Shown here: positions 61,741 to 64,000 of the stretch, piece by piece | Position numbering within the stretch: position 1 is the stretch's first letter | Layout: the number at the start of each line of letters is the position of its first letter | NCBI GenBank assembly: GCA_043228905.1 | Contig: JBHGNT010000004.1 | Span: forward strand, 22,940,001-23,004,000 | Length of the DNA: 64,000 nt | Origin: Azolla caroliniana | Lineage: Eukaryota; Plantae; Polypodiophyta | Direction of reading: 5' to 3' | Position numbers and translations under genes: made by a program | Notes under the pieces: generated by a model | Database searches by the model: none | What the model was told of the DNA's origin: nothing | Seen by the model: only the letters and a program-made list of their open reading frames with translations

Positions 61741-64000
61741 ATGGAAGGCGGCGGTAGCGGGCAGCCGGGAATGATGGTGCTGAATGCGCAGAATTACGCC
61801 GACTGGAAGATCAAGATGGAGGATCTTCTGATTGTTCGGGACCTGTACGAACCGATTGACAGGTCGGAAATACCGAAGGGAGTACTTGAGTCGGAGTGGA
61901 AGCTCCTGAACCGGAAAGCAGTAGCGACGATCCGGCAATATGTCGATGTAAGTGTCCTGCAACATGTGGCGAACGATACGAACGCCTATGAGATGTGGAA
62001 GAAGCTGTCGGGCCTCTATGAGAGGAAGAATGCGTTGAACCGGACCTCCCTGATGAGAAAGATAGTGAACCTCAAGTACCGGGACGGCGAGAGTATGGTG
62101 GAACACGTAAGCACGTTCATGGGATTCGTGAACCAGCTTGCGGCGATCAAGTTCCCGTTGGAGGATGCAATGCAAGCCATCATCCTGATGTGTACATTGC
62201 CGGACAGCTGGGAGAACTTGGTGGTGACTCTCAGCACCTCCTGCACGGAAGACAACTTGTCCCTACAAACGGTAAAGACAAGTATCCTAAATGAAGAAGC
62301 GCGTCGGAGAGATAAAGAACCGGCCTCCGACTCGAAGGCGCTGCTTACCGAATCGGAACGGGGAAGACACTGGAACCGGAGTCCGCAAAGACGGGAGAAG
62401 TCGGGGACCCGGTCGCAGTCAAGAGGAAGACCCATCTGCTTCCACTGTGGGAAGCCGGGGCACTTCCGGAAGAATTGTCGGCATTACCGAAAGGACAACG
62501 GAGCCGACGACACCGATTCGAAGAAGTCACCGGAGAGAAACGGTGCATACCGGGGAGCCACGGACCGGAGAGGTCCGGATCGGCGAGGGCAGGACCGGAA
62601 AGGAACGACGGCACTCGCGGCAAGTGAAGAAGAGATAATGCTCATTACCGAAGAGAGGGAGCTGAACCTTGCCGGCGTAGAGATGACCTGGGTGGTCGAT
62701 TCCGGAGCGTCGTTCCACCTGACCCCGGAGAAGAAATACTTCTCATCCTACACAGCCGGCGAGCATGGCTGTGTTCGGATGGGAAATGAAGGTACGTGCC
62801 GGATAGCCGGCATCGGAGACGTGTGGTTGACAACCTCGACCGGATGCAAAATGCTGCTGAAGGATGTTCGACACGTTCCGGAGGTTCGATTGAACCTGAT
62901 TTCGGCCGGGAGGCTAGACGATGAAGGCTACACAGGTAGCATCCGGAACGGCGTAATGAAGTTCAGCAAGGGGAGCCTGATAGTGGCTCGGGCCCGGAAA
63001 GTCAACACACTGTACCTGATGAATGCCCGGTTATGTCCGGAAGAGCTGAATGTGGCAGCCGACACTGTCGGTGAGCTGTGGCACAAAAGACTGTGCCACA
63101 TGAGTGAGAAGGGGATGAAGAGGCTTGCAGAAGACAACCTTATTCCAGTGAAGCATGTGCACCTGGAGAAGTGCACCGACTGCCTGGCCGGTAAGCAGAA
63201 CTGAACCTCCTTCCACTCAAGGCCACCGACGAGACGTAGCGCACCATTGGAGTTGGTGCACACCGACGTGTGTCAGGTAGAAACGAAGTCACATGGCGGA
63301 GCCCAGTACTTCGTAACATTCATAGATGATCACAGCCGAAGACTGTGGACGGCACTGTTGAAGACAAAGGACCAAGTGTTGTCCGTCTTCAAAGAACTCC
63401 ACGCGAGAGTGGAAAGGGAATCCGGCAAGAAGCTGAAAGCCATACGAGCGGATAACGGAGGGGAATACCGAGGGCAGTTCCAGGAGTACTGTCGCTCGAA
63501 GGGAATCCGACTCGAGTTTACTGTGCCGAAGACGCCGGAACTGAACGGGCTGGCCGAGAGGATGAACCGGACCATAATGGAGAGGGTCCGGAGTATGCTG
63601 GCACATGCGAAACTACCCAAGGGGTTTTGGGCTGAGGCAATGTCGACGGCGACGTACGTGATAAATAGATCACCCTCAGTACCTTTGGACGGAGACACGC
63701 CACAGAAAGTGTGGACCGGTAAGGAAGTGTCCTACCGGCATCTGAAGGTGTTCGGGTGTCTCGCATACGTGCATGTGGCAAAGGACCGGAGAGGAAAGCT
63801 AGATCCGAAGACCCGGCCATGCATATTCCTCGGTTACGGCGACGACGAGTTCGGCTACCGAGTATGGGACCCGGTCGACAAGAAGATATTCAGGAGTCGA
63901 GACATCATCTTCATGGAGGACAAGACGCTCGCCGACTGGGAGTCGGAGAAGAAGATGAAGAGCTCCAAGTCGACCGGTGAGGATAAACTCTACGAGGAGC
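61741..64000 (+). pseudogene. Copia gag-pol polyprotein with a single in-frame TGA at 63202-63204
   Basis: Gag with CFHCGKPGHFRKNC, protease WVVDSGAS, LWHKRLCH..CTDC. The same frame continues open after the stop through the integrase (LVHTDVC, FIDD, DNGGEY, NGLAERMNRT) to the window end. Confidence 0.9.

Larger units (their letters stand above)
61125..64000 (+). mobile_element. Young Ty1/copia LTR retrotransposon (Tnt1/Tork-like), runs off the window end
   Basis: LTR starts TGTTGG at 61125, PBS TGGTATCAGAGC at 61713-61724, then gag - protease - integrase order. Confidence 0.95.

Noticed and set aside
61624-63980. Antisense and alternative-frame ORFs over the copia gag-pol, and similar ones over LINE ORF2s
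   Set aside because: Shadow ORFs of GC-rich retroelement coding sequence.

Overview
Eukaryotic, transposon-dense plant DNA. A seed-free land plant such as a fern, lycophyte or bryophyte is likely, but this is inferred only from the element types. The one host gene supported is partial: two phase-0 exons on the minus strand (20640-20488, 20015-19824) ending in a conserved plant CPPPEPSI motif, with a TATA box, and apparently followed by an intron of about 20 kb or more. The rest is nested transposable elements: five L1-type LINE copies (two with clean 15-16 bp TSDs), one RTE/RTEX-like LINE, a chromodomain Ty3/gypsy element with a long structured leader, several gypsy and copia remnants, two solo LTRs, two hAT-like MITEs, SINE-like remnants and a young CCGG-rich Ty1/copia element running off the right end. 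The most notable structure is a 5.2-kb DNA transposon (25949-31162) inserted in a LINE ORF2. It has 25-bp GGG...CCC TIRs and a 4-bp ATCT TSD (Sola2-like), two convergent intron-containing genes, a ~1.25-kb array of the palindrome TAGCTAATTAGCTA and an 85-bp/257-bp higher-order repeat. All family assignments come from motif recognition by eye; no database searches were run.
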